From Verrucomicrobia bacterium UBA1263 (GTDB lineage Bacteria > Verrucomicrobiota > Verrucomicrobiia > Limisphaerales > UBA1412): a stretch of DNA of 54,968 nt. Shown here piece by piece: positions 8,650-17,307 of the stretch (within the stretch, counting starts at the first letter, position 1; every line of letters starts with the position of its first letter). The stretch is taken from NCBI GenBank assembly GCA_002308515.1, contig DBVN01000028.1, forward strand, positions 16,177-71,144. The letters are read 5' to 3'. Under the pieces are notes generated by a model. It searched no databases. It was not told the origin of the DNA and saw nothing but the letters and a program-made list of their open reading frames with translations. The position numbers and the translations under genes are program-made.

Positions 8650-10149
8650 TTATAAGTTATCCACAACGGATTCCACCTGACCATCTTGGAGCATAGTCCT
8701 GATTCGAGTGCCTGGTGTGATCTCTTTCACACCTCGGACGATCTTGCCGTTTTTCACATCCACGGTAATGGTGTATCCCCTTTTGAGACTTGCCTTTGGA
8801 TCCAGCAAATTCAATGATTGCTTCAATAGTTCCAGCTCCGCGCGTTTGTCGTGAAAAGCATGACTCCATTGATTCTCTAATCGGAGACGCAGCATTTGCA
8901 ATTCTCTTCGGGGCTGCTCTGTTTTCCCGGAAAGTCGGATATTTTTGAAACGCAGTTGGATATCCCGAAATTTATCATAATCTTCCGTCAGCTTTCGTTT
9001 CATTGCCTTGTCCAGGCTTTGACTGATGTCGTCCAGCCTCAACCAAAAATCTTCCAGTTTGCGTTTCGGAGATAAAAGCGAAAGATGTTTTTTTACAGTT
9101 TCGATCCGTTCTCTGCAGGAGTCCAAAGTCCGATCCATCCATAACTGTATCCGTCTCAAGGCTTCATCCAGTTCATCGCGAATATCTTCCAAATTCTGGA
9201 TCAGGAAACGAGCCGCCGCCGTAGGAGTAGCGCAACGGACATCCGCAACAAAGTCACTGATGCAGAAATCTATCTCATGCCCCACCGCGGAAATGACCGG
9301 CAAAGCGGAAGCCGCGATGGCTCTGGCGACGATCTCCTCATTGAAGCACCAGAGATCCTCTATGCTCCCGCCGCCGCGTGTGACCAGGATCACATCCAAT
9401 CCCGGCTGTCCTTTTTTCTGTTGGGCTTGATGATAACGATTCAGCAGATCTATGGCCGCTACGATATCTTCCGCCGCTCCTTCGCCCTGAACTTTGCTGG
9501 GAGCTAAAATGACATCCACCTCCAAACGGCCGGAAGGAGTCCGCAATACCTTTAAAATATCCTGTAACGCCGCTCCTGTTGGAGAAGTAACGATCCCCAC
9601 CCGACGAGGATAAGCCGGAACAGGACGCTTGCGCTCTTCATCAAAGAGACCTTCCGCCTCCAGCTTTTGTTTCAGCTGCTCAAAGGCGATCGCCAGATTT
9701 CCTTGCCCCGCTTCTTCCAGCTCACGCACGATCAACTGATACTGACCTCTGGGCTCATAAACGCTTAGCTCGCCGCGAAGGATGAGTTTTTTCCCGTCCT
9801 CCACCAATGAGCGTTTGACACCTGTCGTTCCTTTGAACAAAACGCACTGGATCTGTGCTCCCGCATCCTTCAATGTGAAATAGCGGTGTCCGGAACTCTG
9901 TACCCTCAGACCGGAAACCTCGCCGGAAACCCAAACCTCTCCAAACTGTTTTTCTAAAAGAAACTTGATCTCTCCGGTCAACTCCTCGACCGTATAGACT
10001 TTGCGATCAAGCTCCAAGGAAGCATCGATCCCTATCGGTTCGCTTGTTTTGTGGGCAGAACCTGTCCTTGTTCCCTTGGCAGGCGGAGGTGTTTCGCTCT
10101 TTCCAAGGAGCATATCACCAAAATCCCATTGAATATATTCTTCCCCCAT
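8650..10149 (-). CDS. xseA: exodeoxyribonuclease VII large subunit
   Basis: OB-fold N-domain (VWVSGEVSG...SGHRYFTLKD), catalytic core (ILVTRGGGSIEDLWCFNEE, SAVGHEIDF) and a long coiled-coil C-terminus. ATG at 10149 lies 5 nt after the ymdB stop; the track uses an overlapping TTG at 10158. About 50 aa precede the OB fold. Confidence 0.9.
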   Translation of the reverse strand: MGEEYIQWDFGDMLLGKSETPPPAKGTRTGSAHKTSEPIGIDASLELDRKVYTVEELTGEIKFLLEKQFGEVWVSGEVSGLRVQSSGHRYFTLKDAGAQIQCVLFKGTTGVKRSLVEDGKKLILRGELSVYEPRGQYQLIVRELEEAGQGNLAIAFEQLKQKLEAEGLFDEERKRPVPAYPRRVGIVTSPTGAALQDILKVLRTPSGRLEVDVILAPSKVQGEGAAEDIVAAIDLLNRYHQAQQKKGQPGLDVILVTRGGGSIEDLWCFNEEIVARAIAASALPVISAVGHEIDFCISDFVADVRCATPTAAARFLIQNLEDIRDELDEALRRIQLWMDRTLDSCRERIETVKKHLSLLSPKRKLEDFWLRLDDISQSLDKAMKRKLTEDYDKFRDIQLRFKNIRLSGKTEQPRRELQMLRLRLENQWSHAFHDKRAELELLKQSLNLLDPKASLKRGYTITVDVKNGKIVRGVKEITPGTRIRTMLQDGQVESVVDNL

Positions 10150-10154
10150 AGAAA

Positions 10155-10958
10155 TCAATTCTGGTTTTCGCTATCGTCCCATTTTCGTGAAACCCGTTCG
10201 ATCGAAACTGCCCGTCCCGTTTCATTATCCACTGTCACAATGACTCCGTTCAGGCGGACATCCGTGGAAGCGATCTCAAAACGCTGAGGCATTCCGGTCG
10301 TAAAACCTTTTACAACAGCCTCGATATTCCGGCCGATCACACTTTCATGCGCTCCCGTAAAACCAGCATCACAAAGAAAAGCCGTTCCTCCGGGGAAGAT
10401 CTCTTCATCCGCGGTCTGCACATGGGTATGTGTCCCGATCACCGCGGAAACTTTTCCATCCAGGAACCGACCCATCGCAATTTTTTCGCTGGTTGCTTCC
10501 GCGTGGAAATCCAGAAAGATGACAGGCGTTTGCTTGCGCAGTTCTCCCACAATGGAAAGCACCACCTGAAACGGATCGTCCACAGGCTTCATAAACGTCC
10601 TTCCCATCAGATTGATCACACCTATCGGCGGACAGACACCTCTTACCTCGAAGATATTCCAGCCCGATCCGGGTGTCCCGGCTGGATAATTCGCCGGACG
10701 CAGCAGACGAGGCTCTTTTTCCAGTAATCCCGCCGTTTCCTTCTGATCCCAAACATGATCGCCCAATGTGATCACCTGAGCGCCATACTTAAACAGTTCG
10801 GCCGCCGTCATCGCAGTGATCCCAGAACCCCCGGCTGAATTTTCTCCGTTCACAATAACAAACTCGATATCATGCTCTTTCACCAAAGAAGGCACAATAT
10901 CTCTCACCGCGTTTCGTCCCGGTCTTCCAACGACATCACCAACAAACAGTATCCGCAT
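10155..10958 (-). CDS. ymdB: YmdB-family metallophosphoesterase (TIGR00282-type 2',3'-cyclic-nucleotide phosphodiesterase)
   Basis: MRILFVGDVVGRPGR N-terminus, then GENSAGG, GDHVWD, DFHAEATSEK and GTHTHVQTAD metal-ligand motifs. Confidence 0.85.
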   Translation of the reverse strand: MRILFVGDVVGRPGRNAVRDIVPSLVKEHDIEFVIVNGENSAGGSGITAMTAAELFKYGAQVITLGDHVWDQKETAGLLEKEPRLLRPANYPAGTPGSGWNIFEVRGVCPPIGVINLMGRTFMKPVDDPFQVVLSIVGELRKQTPVIFLDFHAEATSEKIAMGRFLDGKVSAVIGTHTHVQTADEEIFPGGTAFLCDAGFTGAHESVIGRNIEAVVKGFTTGMPQRFEIASTDVRLNGVIVTVDNETGRAVSIERVSRKWDDSENQN

Positions 10959-11044
10959 ACTACGTCACCCAGATATTACCTCACAATCTGTCTGCGAAAA
11001 AGGTAAATATCTGGCCGAAATCGATAAAACAGTATCCCTTTTTC

Positions 11045-11073
11045 TTGACCTTCACGAACAGAGGCTTTTTACT
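11045..11073 (+). promoter_or_regulatory. candidate sigma70-type promoter for the SNF transporter gene
   Basis: TTGACC (11045-11050), 17-nt spacer, TTTACT (11068-11073). Only 11 nt before the ATG at 11085, so it would give a very short leader. Consensus match only. Confidence 0.25.
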
Positions 11074-11084
11074 TTTCTTGCTTT

Positions 11085-12434
11085 ATGAGTGATCGAGGTC
11101 ATTGGTCTGGAAGTTACGGTTTTACGCTCGCAGCTATCGGTTCCGCTGTCGGTTTGGGAAATCTATGGCGTTTTCCCTATTTGGCCGGCATGAACGGCGG
11201 CGGCGCGTTCGTTCTTCTTTATTTGTTCTTATCCATCATCTTAGGTGTCAGTTTGCTGATCGCGGAACAGGCTTTAGGCCGACACTTTGCGACAAGTCCT
11301 TACGGGGCATTTCGTTCCATCCATCCCAAGTTCGGCTTTACCGGGACTATCGCTATTCTGGCCAACGTCCTTATTTTTTCCTTCTACGGCATGATTGGCG
11401 GCTGGGTCATTTTTTATCTGGTCACTTCTATCTTCTGCCCATCCATCCAAACGCCCGAAGGCTTCGCACAATTCTCAGGCGGGATCGCTCTGCCCATTAT
11501 CGCACAGCTAATTTTTATGTTCCTGACCGCTCTGCTGGTCTGGTTCGGCATATCCAAAGGCATTGAAAAAGGAAACCGCGTGATGATGCCGCTTCTTTTT
11601 ATCATCTTGATATTGATGTGCATACGATCTCTGACACTGCCAGGCGCGTGGGAAGGCGCTATCTTCCTGTTCAAACCGGACTTCTCGAAAATCTCCGCCG
11701 CGACGGTCGTGGCCGCCACGGGACAAGTCTTTTTCTCCATGAGTGTCGGTTTCGGCATCATGCTGACGTATGCCAGTTATCTCAAGAAGGATACAAATAT
11801 CGTCAAGACCAGCTGGGCCGTCGCCTTGAGCAACTGCCTGGTCGCGGTACTGGCCGGACTGGCCATTCTGCCGGCGGTATTCGCTTTCCACATGGAACCG
11901 GCACAGGGGCCGGGACTTATGTTCGTGGTTATTCCGGAAGTATTCCGCATGATGACGGGCGGTTACTGGTTTGGCATCCTGTTTTTTGTCCTTGTTTTCT
12001 TTGCCGCTCTGAGTTCCTCCATTTCGATTCTGGAAGTTCCCGTCACCTATCTGGTGGATGAGCATAAGATCTCACGCAAGAAGGCTGTCGTGATCGCCAG
12101 CTGTATCTGCACGGCTCTGGGCATCCTCTGCACTCTGTCCATGGGCAGCACTTTGGGATGGTTCAAGGTCGGAGGTCTGGGGATCTTTGACCTGATGGAC
12201 TTCATCAGCAACAACATGCTGCTGCCGGTCGGAGGCGTGCTGCTGTGTATCCTGATCGCATACGTCTGGGGAATGAAAGGTGTTTTGGCTGAAGTCACAC
12301 AGGACGGTCAAATACCTTTTCACGGTCAAAAATGCTGGTGCTTCATCATCCGTTATCTGGCACCACTGGCTATCATCTGCATCCTGCTAAGTGGAACAGG
12401 GATATTAGAGATCATCAGTGCTTTTGCGGAATAG
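11085..12434 (+). CDS. sodium-dependent transporter, neurotransmitter:sodium symporter (SNF) family
   Basis: Hallmark N-terminus AAIGSAVGLGNLWRFPYLAGMNGGGAF. About 11-12 TM segments. Confidence 0.9.
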   Translation: MSDRGHWSGSYGFTLAAIGSAVGLGNLWRFPYLAGMNGGGAFVLLYLFLSIILGVSLLIAEQALGRHFATSPYGAFRSIHPKFGFTGTIAILANVLIFSFYGMIGGWVIFYLVTSIFCPSIQTPEGFAQFSGGIALPIIAQLIFMFLTALLVWFGISKGIEKGNRVMMPLLFIILILMCIRSLTLPGAWEGAIFLFKPDFSKISAATVVAATGQVFFSMSVGFGIMLTYASYLKKDTNIVKTSWAVALSNCLVAVLAGLAILPAVFAFHMEPAQGPGLMFVVIPEVFRMMTGGYWFGILFFVLVFFAALSSSISILEVPVTYLVDEHKISRKKAVVIASCICTALGILCTLSMGSTLGWFKVGGLGIFDLMDFISNNMLLPVGGVLLCILIAYVWGMKGVLAEVTQDGQIPFHGQKCWCFIIRYLAPLAIICILLSGTGILEIISAFAE

Positions 12435-12501
12435 CCCCGCATCCATGCATTTCGCAAAAAGAATTGATATCCGGGCGGTTTCAGCGGATAATCCCTTCTG
12501 T

Positions 12502-13542
12502 ATGAAGCAAACATTCGCTTTAACTTTGGGAGCAGTCCTGCTGACACTTGGTTCACAGGCATCCGCTCAGAACGCCGCGGATCCTTTCTATGGAGACTGG
12601 GAAGGAACGGTCAAATACAATGGACAAAACCAACAAGTGGCTGTCTGCATGATCCCCTTGGGCAACAACCGCTATGAAGCCCGGTTCTTTAAAGAATTCG
12701 GCAAACAGGATGATCCCCTCTTTTTCATCACAGGCGAGATCAAAGACGGCTCCGCTAAATTCATTGATCATGGCGCTTTCAGCTTTGATAAGGTAAAGTA
12801 TGACACTCAAGACGGGATCGTACTGGATTCGACCCTCTGGACCGGTGAAGTCAAAAACAACACCCTGAAAGGCAAGCTGGGAGGCAAGGACAAGGGCACC
12901 TTCGATCTGAAGAAAACACTGAGGACTTCCCCGACCATGGGCAAAGCGGCACCCAAAAACGCGAGGATCCTTTTAGATGGAACCGAAGCCTCCAAAGAAA
13001 ACTTTTTGGATAACGGTACTAAGAATTCCATTCGCTGGGAATTAAAGGATAACGGAGCCCTGGAAGTCAACGGCGGCGACATTATTCCCAAGAAAGGTTT
13101 CAACGACTGTGTGATGCACATCGAATTCCGCTCTCCTTATTATCCGGATCGTTTCGGTCAGGCACGCGGCAACAGCGGCGTTTATGTCAACGGTGCCTAC
13201 GAGATCCAGGTGCTGGACAGCTATGGATTGCCCGGTCTGGACAATGACTGTGCCGGCATCTATCAGATCCAGCGTCCCGCGGTCAACGTCTGTTTTCCGC
13301 CTGACTATTGGCAGACTTACGATATCGACTTCACTATGCCTCGCTTTGACGCGGACGGCAAGAAAACCGCCAACGCCCGTCTGACACTGCTGCACAACGG
13401 GGTCAAAGTCTATGACAATCTGGAGCTGCCGCACGCGACTCCGGGAGCCATCAATCCGGGTGAACGGGATCAGGTCGGACTCCTTCTGCAGGATCATGGG
13501 GATAAAGTCCAGTATCGCAATATCTGGGTTCTGGAGAAATAA
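12502..13542 (+). CDS. DUF1080 (3-keto-disaccharide hydrolase-like) domain protein, secreted
   Basis: Chosen start is ATG 12502, giving signal peptide MKQTFALTLGAVLLTLGSQASAQ; the track start 12418 overlaps the SNF gene. C-terminal DUF1080 pattern: NSGVYVNGAYEIQVLDS, ...LLLQDHGDKVQYRNIWV. Confidence 0.8.
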   Translation: MKQTFALTLGAVLLTLGSQASAQNAADPFYGDWEGTVKYNGQNQQVAVCMIPLGNNRYEARFFKEFGKQDDPLFFITGEIKDGSAKFIDHGAFSFDKVKYDTQDGIVLDSTLWTGEVKNNTLKGKLGGKDKGTFDLKKTLRTSPTMGKAAPKNARILLDGTEASKENFLDNGTKNSIRWELKDNGALEVNGGDIIPKKGFNDCVMHIEFRSPYYPDRFGQARGNSGVYVNGAYEIQVLDSYGLPGLDNDCAGIYQIQRPAVNVCFPPDYWQTYDIDFTMPRFDADGKKTANARLTLLHNGVKVYDNLELPHATPGAINPGERDQVGLLLQDHGDKVQYRNIWVLEK

Positions 13543-13562
13543 GATCTCCACTCCATAAAGCA

Positions 13563-13593
13563 AAAGAGACGGGATGTTTTCTCGTCTCTTTTA
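13563..13593. terminator. rho-independent terminator shared by convergent genes
   Basis: Stem AAAGAGACG / CGTCTCTTT (13563-13571 / 13583-13591), 11-nt loop, T-rich tail on plus. Overlaps the stop codon of the minus-strand gene ending at 13591. Confidence 0.7.
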
Positions 13594-14037
13594 TTTCTGA
13601 TCCTCTTCTAAGAAATCTGCCAAGGGCTTCATTTGACGTATTTCTTTTTTATCGATTTGTTTTAATGTACGATCACCATAAATTCCCCAATACTGTTTAT
13701 TCCAGCGGATGCGGATCGCAAAAAAAAGTGCATCAGGAGAAACAGCCTCATTGGTTGAGAGAAAAATCCCTGAAGGTTCTAAAAAAGTTCTTACTCCCGA
13801 TTCAGTGGCCAAAAATTTCACCTTATCTTGAAATACCATTGGTGAGGATTTCTCATAGTAAATATCGTAATACCGATACATCTCGCTTTGTAAAGCTCCT
13901 AACATTTCCTGTCGGCAGTGTCTACATTGCATATAGCTTGCAAAGACCCCCATCCCAAATATAATAGACAGGATGATTCCTACTACGATCAATTCTTCCT
14001 TTGTTCGATGATTCATAACATTTTTATAAAAAGGCAC
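13591..14037 (-). CDS. hypothetical membrane-anchored protein (AT-rich cassette, gene 4)
   Basis: 148 aa with one N-terminal TM helix (LIVVGIILSIIFGMGVFASY) and CRHC just after it. GTG at 14037 or ATG at 14016. No family recognised. Confidence 0.55.
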   Translation of the reverse strand: MPFYKNVMNHRTKEELIVVGIILSIIFGMGVFASYMQCRHCRQEMLGALQSEMYRYYDIYYEKSSPMVFQDKVKFLATESGVRTFLEPSGIFLSTNEAVSPDALFFAIRIRWNKQYWGIYGDRTLKQIDKKEIRQMKPLADFLEEDQK

Positions 14038-14083
14038 TAATTAAAATCATAAAGCACCATTAGTTTTTATACAAACACTCCGC

Positions 14084-14344
14084 TTATTGGCTCAAACTTA
14101 TTGTCGATAATATCAATCCAACTATCAGTACCATCCACACAATAAAGGTAACACCATACCCATTCAATTTGTCGCGGTATTTCTTTGAAATTATACCTAT
14201 TCCGAAAAGCATATTGTAAAATATTACTGATATGATCAGTGCTCTATTACTATAGGCATTACTGAAACAAAAAGCTATCGTCATTGAAATCAGAACACAA
14301 ATGGCGACCTGAACAGCATATTTATTCTTTAAATCCAATTTCAT
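14084..14344 (-). CDS. hypothetical small 3-TM membrane protein (AT-rich cassette, gene 3)
   Basis: 86 aa, ATG start, three hydrophobic helices. No family recognised. Confidence 0.5.
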   Translation of the reverse strand: MKLDLKNKYAVQVAICVLISMTIAFCFSNAYSNRALIISVIFYNMLFGIGIISKKYRDKLNGYGVTFIVWMVLIVGLILSTISLSQ

Positions 14345-14360
14345 TCTTTCTCATCAAATA

Positions 14361-14642
14361 TCACATAAACACCTTTTCAAAAGGAATTGAAAGAATTGCG
14401 CCAATAAAACTTATGAGGGTCACAAATAAGATTAATGAATATTTGAATTTGGAAAGGAACCAATCAAAATACCAGCCTGCCATCAAGATTAAATAGCCAA
14501 CGCAAACAAACATTAGTGGCTGCGCAGTAATCAATAAGGAACCCATGAAAAATAATACAAACAGTATATTTATTGAAAAATATAAAGTACATTTTGATTC
14601 TTTTTTATCCATAAAATAAACGCAATCTTTAGTATAACTCAT
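14361..14642 (-). CDS. hypothetical small 3-TM membrane protein (AT-rich cassette, gene 2)
   Basis: 93 aa with three hydrophobic helices. Its ATG (14640-14642) overlaps the stop of the upstream gene (14639-14641) in an ATGA-type junction. Confidence 0.5.
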   Translation of the reverse strand: MSYTKDCVYFMDKKESKCTLYFSINILFVLFFMGSLLITAQPLMFVCVGYLILMAGWYFDWFLSKFKYSLILFVTLISFIGAILSIPFEKVFM

Positions 14643-15787
14643 TCATATAAACGATTGAGCATTGAGATAAGCATCTTGCCTTCCGGGGTCAATGTGTAAT
14701 TATCAGAGATTTCATATTTCCCCTCATCCCGAACATAAAGCCGCCCATCCATAGACATACGGCCTCCCGCAAAGGCATATTCATAAATCAAGTAAAGGAG
14801 ATACTTTTTGTAAAACTGTATTTTATGTGAATAGTCTAATAAAATGATATGACATTTTTTTTCATTCTGTTTGGCTTCTGCTAAAATCTCAAAATATGTA
14901 TTCTCATTTGTTTTTAATAATCCCCCTGGATGAGTTGACGGTTTGTATTCTTCTTGGTGAAGCAGCAAAAATTGAAATTCTTTTTCTGTAAGAACCATTT
15001 TCCCAGAAAAAGTATTCCTCTTTAATTTTCTTAGCAAGAGACGTTCGTTCATATCCTCTTTTATTTGTGGAACTCCCCCAGCCAAACATATTTTTGCGGA
15101 TCTTAGATTATAGAGCATACACAATCTTCTGGGATCTCCATTCAGCATATCGTACATCGAATATGCTCCAATACATCCCCCCAAAACAGCAGCACATCCT
15201 GCAATCAGCAGAAAGATGAAAATTTCAATCTTTGTAAAAAGCAATCCCCAAAACATAATAAGGAGAATTCCAACAGCTGCACCACCAGCCACACCACTGA
15301 TGAATATCTTTTCCTTTCTCTCTTGTTTTTGATTAATCGAAAAACATACATCTTTTAGGATACCTCCACTTTGTGCCACTGTATTATAAATTTTAAGGAT
15401 CAGATTAATGGCAAGAAAATTTCCCAATTCTATTTCCATTCCATTCATTGATACCTTACGAAGGTACTCCTTTTTATTCCTTCCACAAGCTCCATTCCAT
15501 AAATAACCTCTTAGGAAATATATAAGAGCTCCACTTACTATAAAAAAGTATACGCGATTATTTGAAAAAAGGTGAAAACATTGGTCTATAGTGCAAACTC
15601 GACCTGGTATTATCTTCCCTTCCAGCCAACAGTTTCCATGGATCTCCATCGTAAGAAATCTTTCTTCATCTTTTGTAAGCTCCATCACACAAAATTCGTC
15701 ATCCATTTTACGAATAGATTTAAAATCCATGTCTTCCGTGTAAATGACTTCATCCGGTAAGAGTCCTCTTATATATCGAATATCCAT
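14639..15787 (-). CDS. hypothetical membrane protein with central Gly-rich TM hairpin (AT-rich cassette, gene 1)
   Basis: Start re-assigned to ATG 15787 (MDIRYIRGLL...), 20 nt after the stop of the upstream gene. Track residues 1-112 (TTG at 16123) are an out-of-frame read through the 3' end of gene 15808-17295. The central hairpin is ISGVAGGAAVGILLIMFWGLLF / IFLLIAGCAAVLGGCIGAY. Confidence 0.6.
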   Translation of the reverse strand: MDIRYIRGLLPDEVIYTEDMDFKSIRKMDDEFCVMELTKDEERFLTMEIHGNCWLEGKIIPGRVCTIDQCFHLFSNNRVYFFIVSGALIYFLRGYLWNGACGRNKKEYLRKVSMNGMEIELGNFLAINLILKIYNTVAQSGGILKDVCFSINQKQERKEKIFISGVAGGAAVGILLIMFWGLLFTKIEIFIFLLIAGCAAVLGGCIGAYSMYDMLNGDPRRLCMLYNLRSAKICLAGGVPQIKEDMNERLLLRKLKRNTFSGKMVLTEKEFQFLLLHQEEYKPSTHPGGLLKTNENTYFEILAEAKQNEKKCHIILLDYSHKIQFYKKYLLYLIYEYAFAGGRMSMDGRLYVRDEGKYEISDNYTLTPEGKMLISMLNRLYE

Positions 15788-15807
15788 GGCAATTTTGTAC
15801 AAAAGAT

Positions 15808-17295
15808 CTACTTTGAATTTGTGGAAACAAGCCAGGGATGGATCTCTTCCCATTCCTTGACACGGATATGATAGTTTGTTCCCAAGTTGGTAGAACTCCC
15901 CTCCAAAGGCAATTGGATCGCCAGACGATCTCCTGTAAAGCGGGTATCCGGATGGAAGGTCACCTTGCCGCCGACCAGCATTCCGGAGTAACTGAGCGCG
16001 TTTGTGAAAATGATTTCGCTGTAAGGCGCATAGATACGCGCGCAAAGCAGAGTATCCGGATTTCCCATGAAAATGAGCTTCTGCTCGGTATTGGTACCGC
16101 CCCATATCGTCAGGCGCTTCCAATTCTTTTCAACCGCGGCAAAGGATTTCGCGCCCAATGTCATATCCGCCGCCGGAAACAGTGTCAATTCCGATTTTTC
16201 TTCCATCGTCACAGGCGGTTCCGTCAGAACATAACCGGCAGGAATACGCAAATTCACCACGGCACCCGTTTTCAAAATGATTGGATAGAGTTCCGCAGCG
16301 GTGATTTTATAATCCCCGGAGGCATCAAACTGGTAAACCATCTGCGGAGCCTCTTTTGTCCCGATATTGACGATAGGCGCGTCTTTGCAATTCGCTTCCG
16401 CGGGACCTGACTTCGGAGGAAACAAAGCCCAATTCAGCCGTGTCAATAAATGATTGGTTTCATATCCCCAAACCGCGTTAGTAAGGAATGCCTCACTTCC
16501 AACTTTAAGGACATCCGCCGGGATCTGAACGAGATTAGTTTGGATCAGATTGGTATCTGTTTCCAACGGAAGCTGCAATCCCTGGGGCAAATAAGAAGAA
16601 GCCAGTGAATAGGTTCCCTGAATAACATTGCTGCCTTTGAAAGAATCTATATTGGGGTATGCGGCGGAAATGACCCGGACACCGTCATTCACATTCGTAT
16701 CAGTCCCCGCGACATTGGTGCCGGCAACAATCACATTTCCTAAAAAATCCAGTTGTCTGGAGGCGATCAGTTCACCCTGCAAAAATCCTTTATGCGCAAA
16801 AGTCTCATACTCCGTTTTTATCCGCAGGAACCGAATCAAAGGATTCGTCCCATTCAATGGATAATATCCGCCCAGAGCATAGATCTCCATCTCCGCGTCA
16901 GAAACAGGATGGAATCCCGTCACATAAAAAGCCCGCCCCTCATCCAGCGGTTCCGGTTCCGCCAGTATCGTCAGCTCACTGTTCGTGGGAAATCCCCAGT
17001 ATTCATAGCGGCCGTCATTCGTGATCCAGCGGCTCTTCAGAGCGTCGGACGAAGGAGCTGTCTCGCGGATAGCTGGGATCGTCTTCTGTGAAATCAGATA
17101 TTGAACAGTCTCATTCGCTCCGGATTCCGCGGCGGTCAATGCCAGCCGCTGCTGCATGGCCGCCATTTCGACACGAGTCTGCCCCGACACCAGAGCGATG
17201 AAGGATAATATCGTCACTGATGTCAGCAGCAAAAGCGCCAGCACGAAAACTAAAACAAAGCTCCTCTGGCGCTGGAATCCGGTTTTGATCCTCAA
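15808..17295 (-). CDS. PilX-N-like (pseudopilin-type N-terminus) exported protein
   Basis: The N-terminus QRQRSFVLVFVLALLLLTSVTILSFIALVSGQTRVEMAAMQQRLALTAAESGANE resembles the PilX_N domain (basic stretch, hydrophobic helix, AExG). The remaining roughly 430 aa have no motif I recognise. Confidence 0.45.
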   Translation of the reverse strand: MRIKTGFQRQRSFVLVFVLALLLLTSVTILSFIALVSGQTRVEMAAMQQRLALTAAESGANETVQYLISQKTIPAIRETAPSSDALKSRWITNDGRYEYWGFPTNSELTILAEPEPLDEGRAFYVTGFHPVSDAEMEIYALGGYYPLNGTNPLIRFLRIKTEYETFAHKGFLQGELIASRQLDFLGNVIVAGTNVAGTDTNVNDGVRVISAAYPNIDSFKGSNVIQGTYSLASSYLPQGLQLPLETDTNLIQTNLVQIPADVLKVGSEAFLTNAVWGYETNHLLTRLNWALFPPKSGPAEANCKDAPIVNIGTKEAPQMVYQFDASGDYKITAAELYPIILKTGAVVNLRIPAGYVLTEPPVTMEEKSELTLFPAADMTLGAKSFAAVEKNWKRLTIWGGTNTEQKLIFMGNPDTLLCARIYAPYSEIIFTNALSYSGMLVGGKVTFHPDTRFTGDRLAIQLPLEGSSTNLGTNYHIRVKEWEEIHPWLVSTNSK

Positions 17296-17307
17296 CTTAA
17301 TATCTGG

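Noticed and set aside
12418-12501. Upstream track starts that overlap the preceding gene (12418 for DUF1080; likewise 27787 for proS, 35238 for the ABC ATPase, 30975 for ybeY)
   Set aside because: In each case an internal ATG gives a canonical N-terminus (signal peptide or conserved family start) and removes a long overlap with the previous gene.
12820-12840. tRNA T-arm-like GGATTCGACC string
   Set aside because: It lies inside the DUF1080 coding sequence with no acceptor or anticodon arms around it. I found no tRNA-like cloverleaf in any intergenic region.
15788-16123. 112-residue N-terminal extension of the 494-aa track ORF (TTG start at 16123)
   Set aside because: It overlaps the 3' end of gene 15808-17295 in a different frame, and the translation (MEAPDDMGRYQYRAEAHFHG...) is GC-normal nonsense, unlike the AT-rich body. 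The ATG at 15787 is the first start after the upstream stop.
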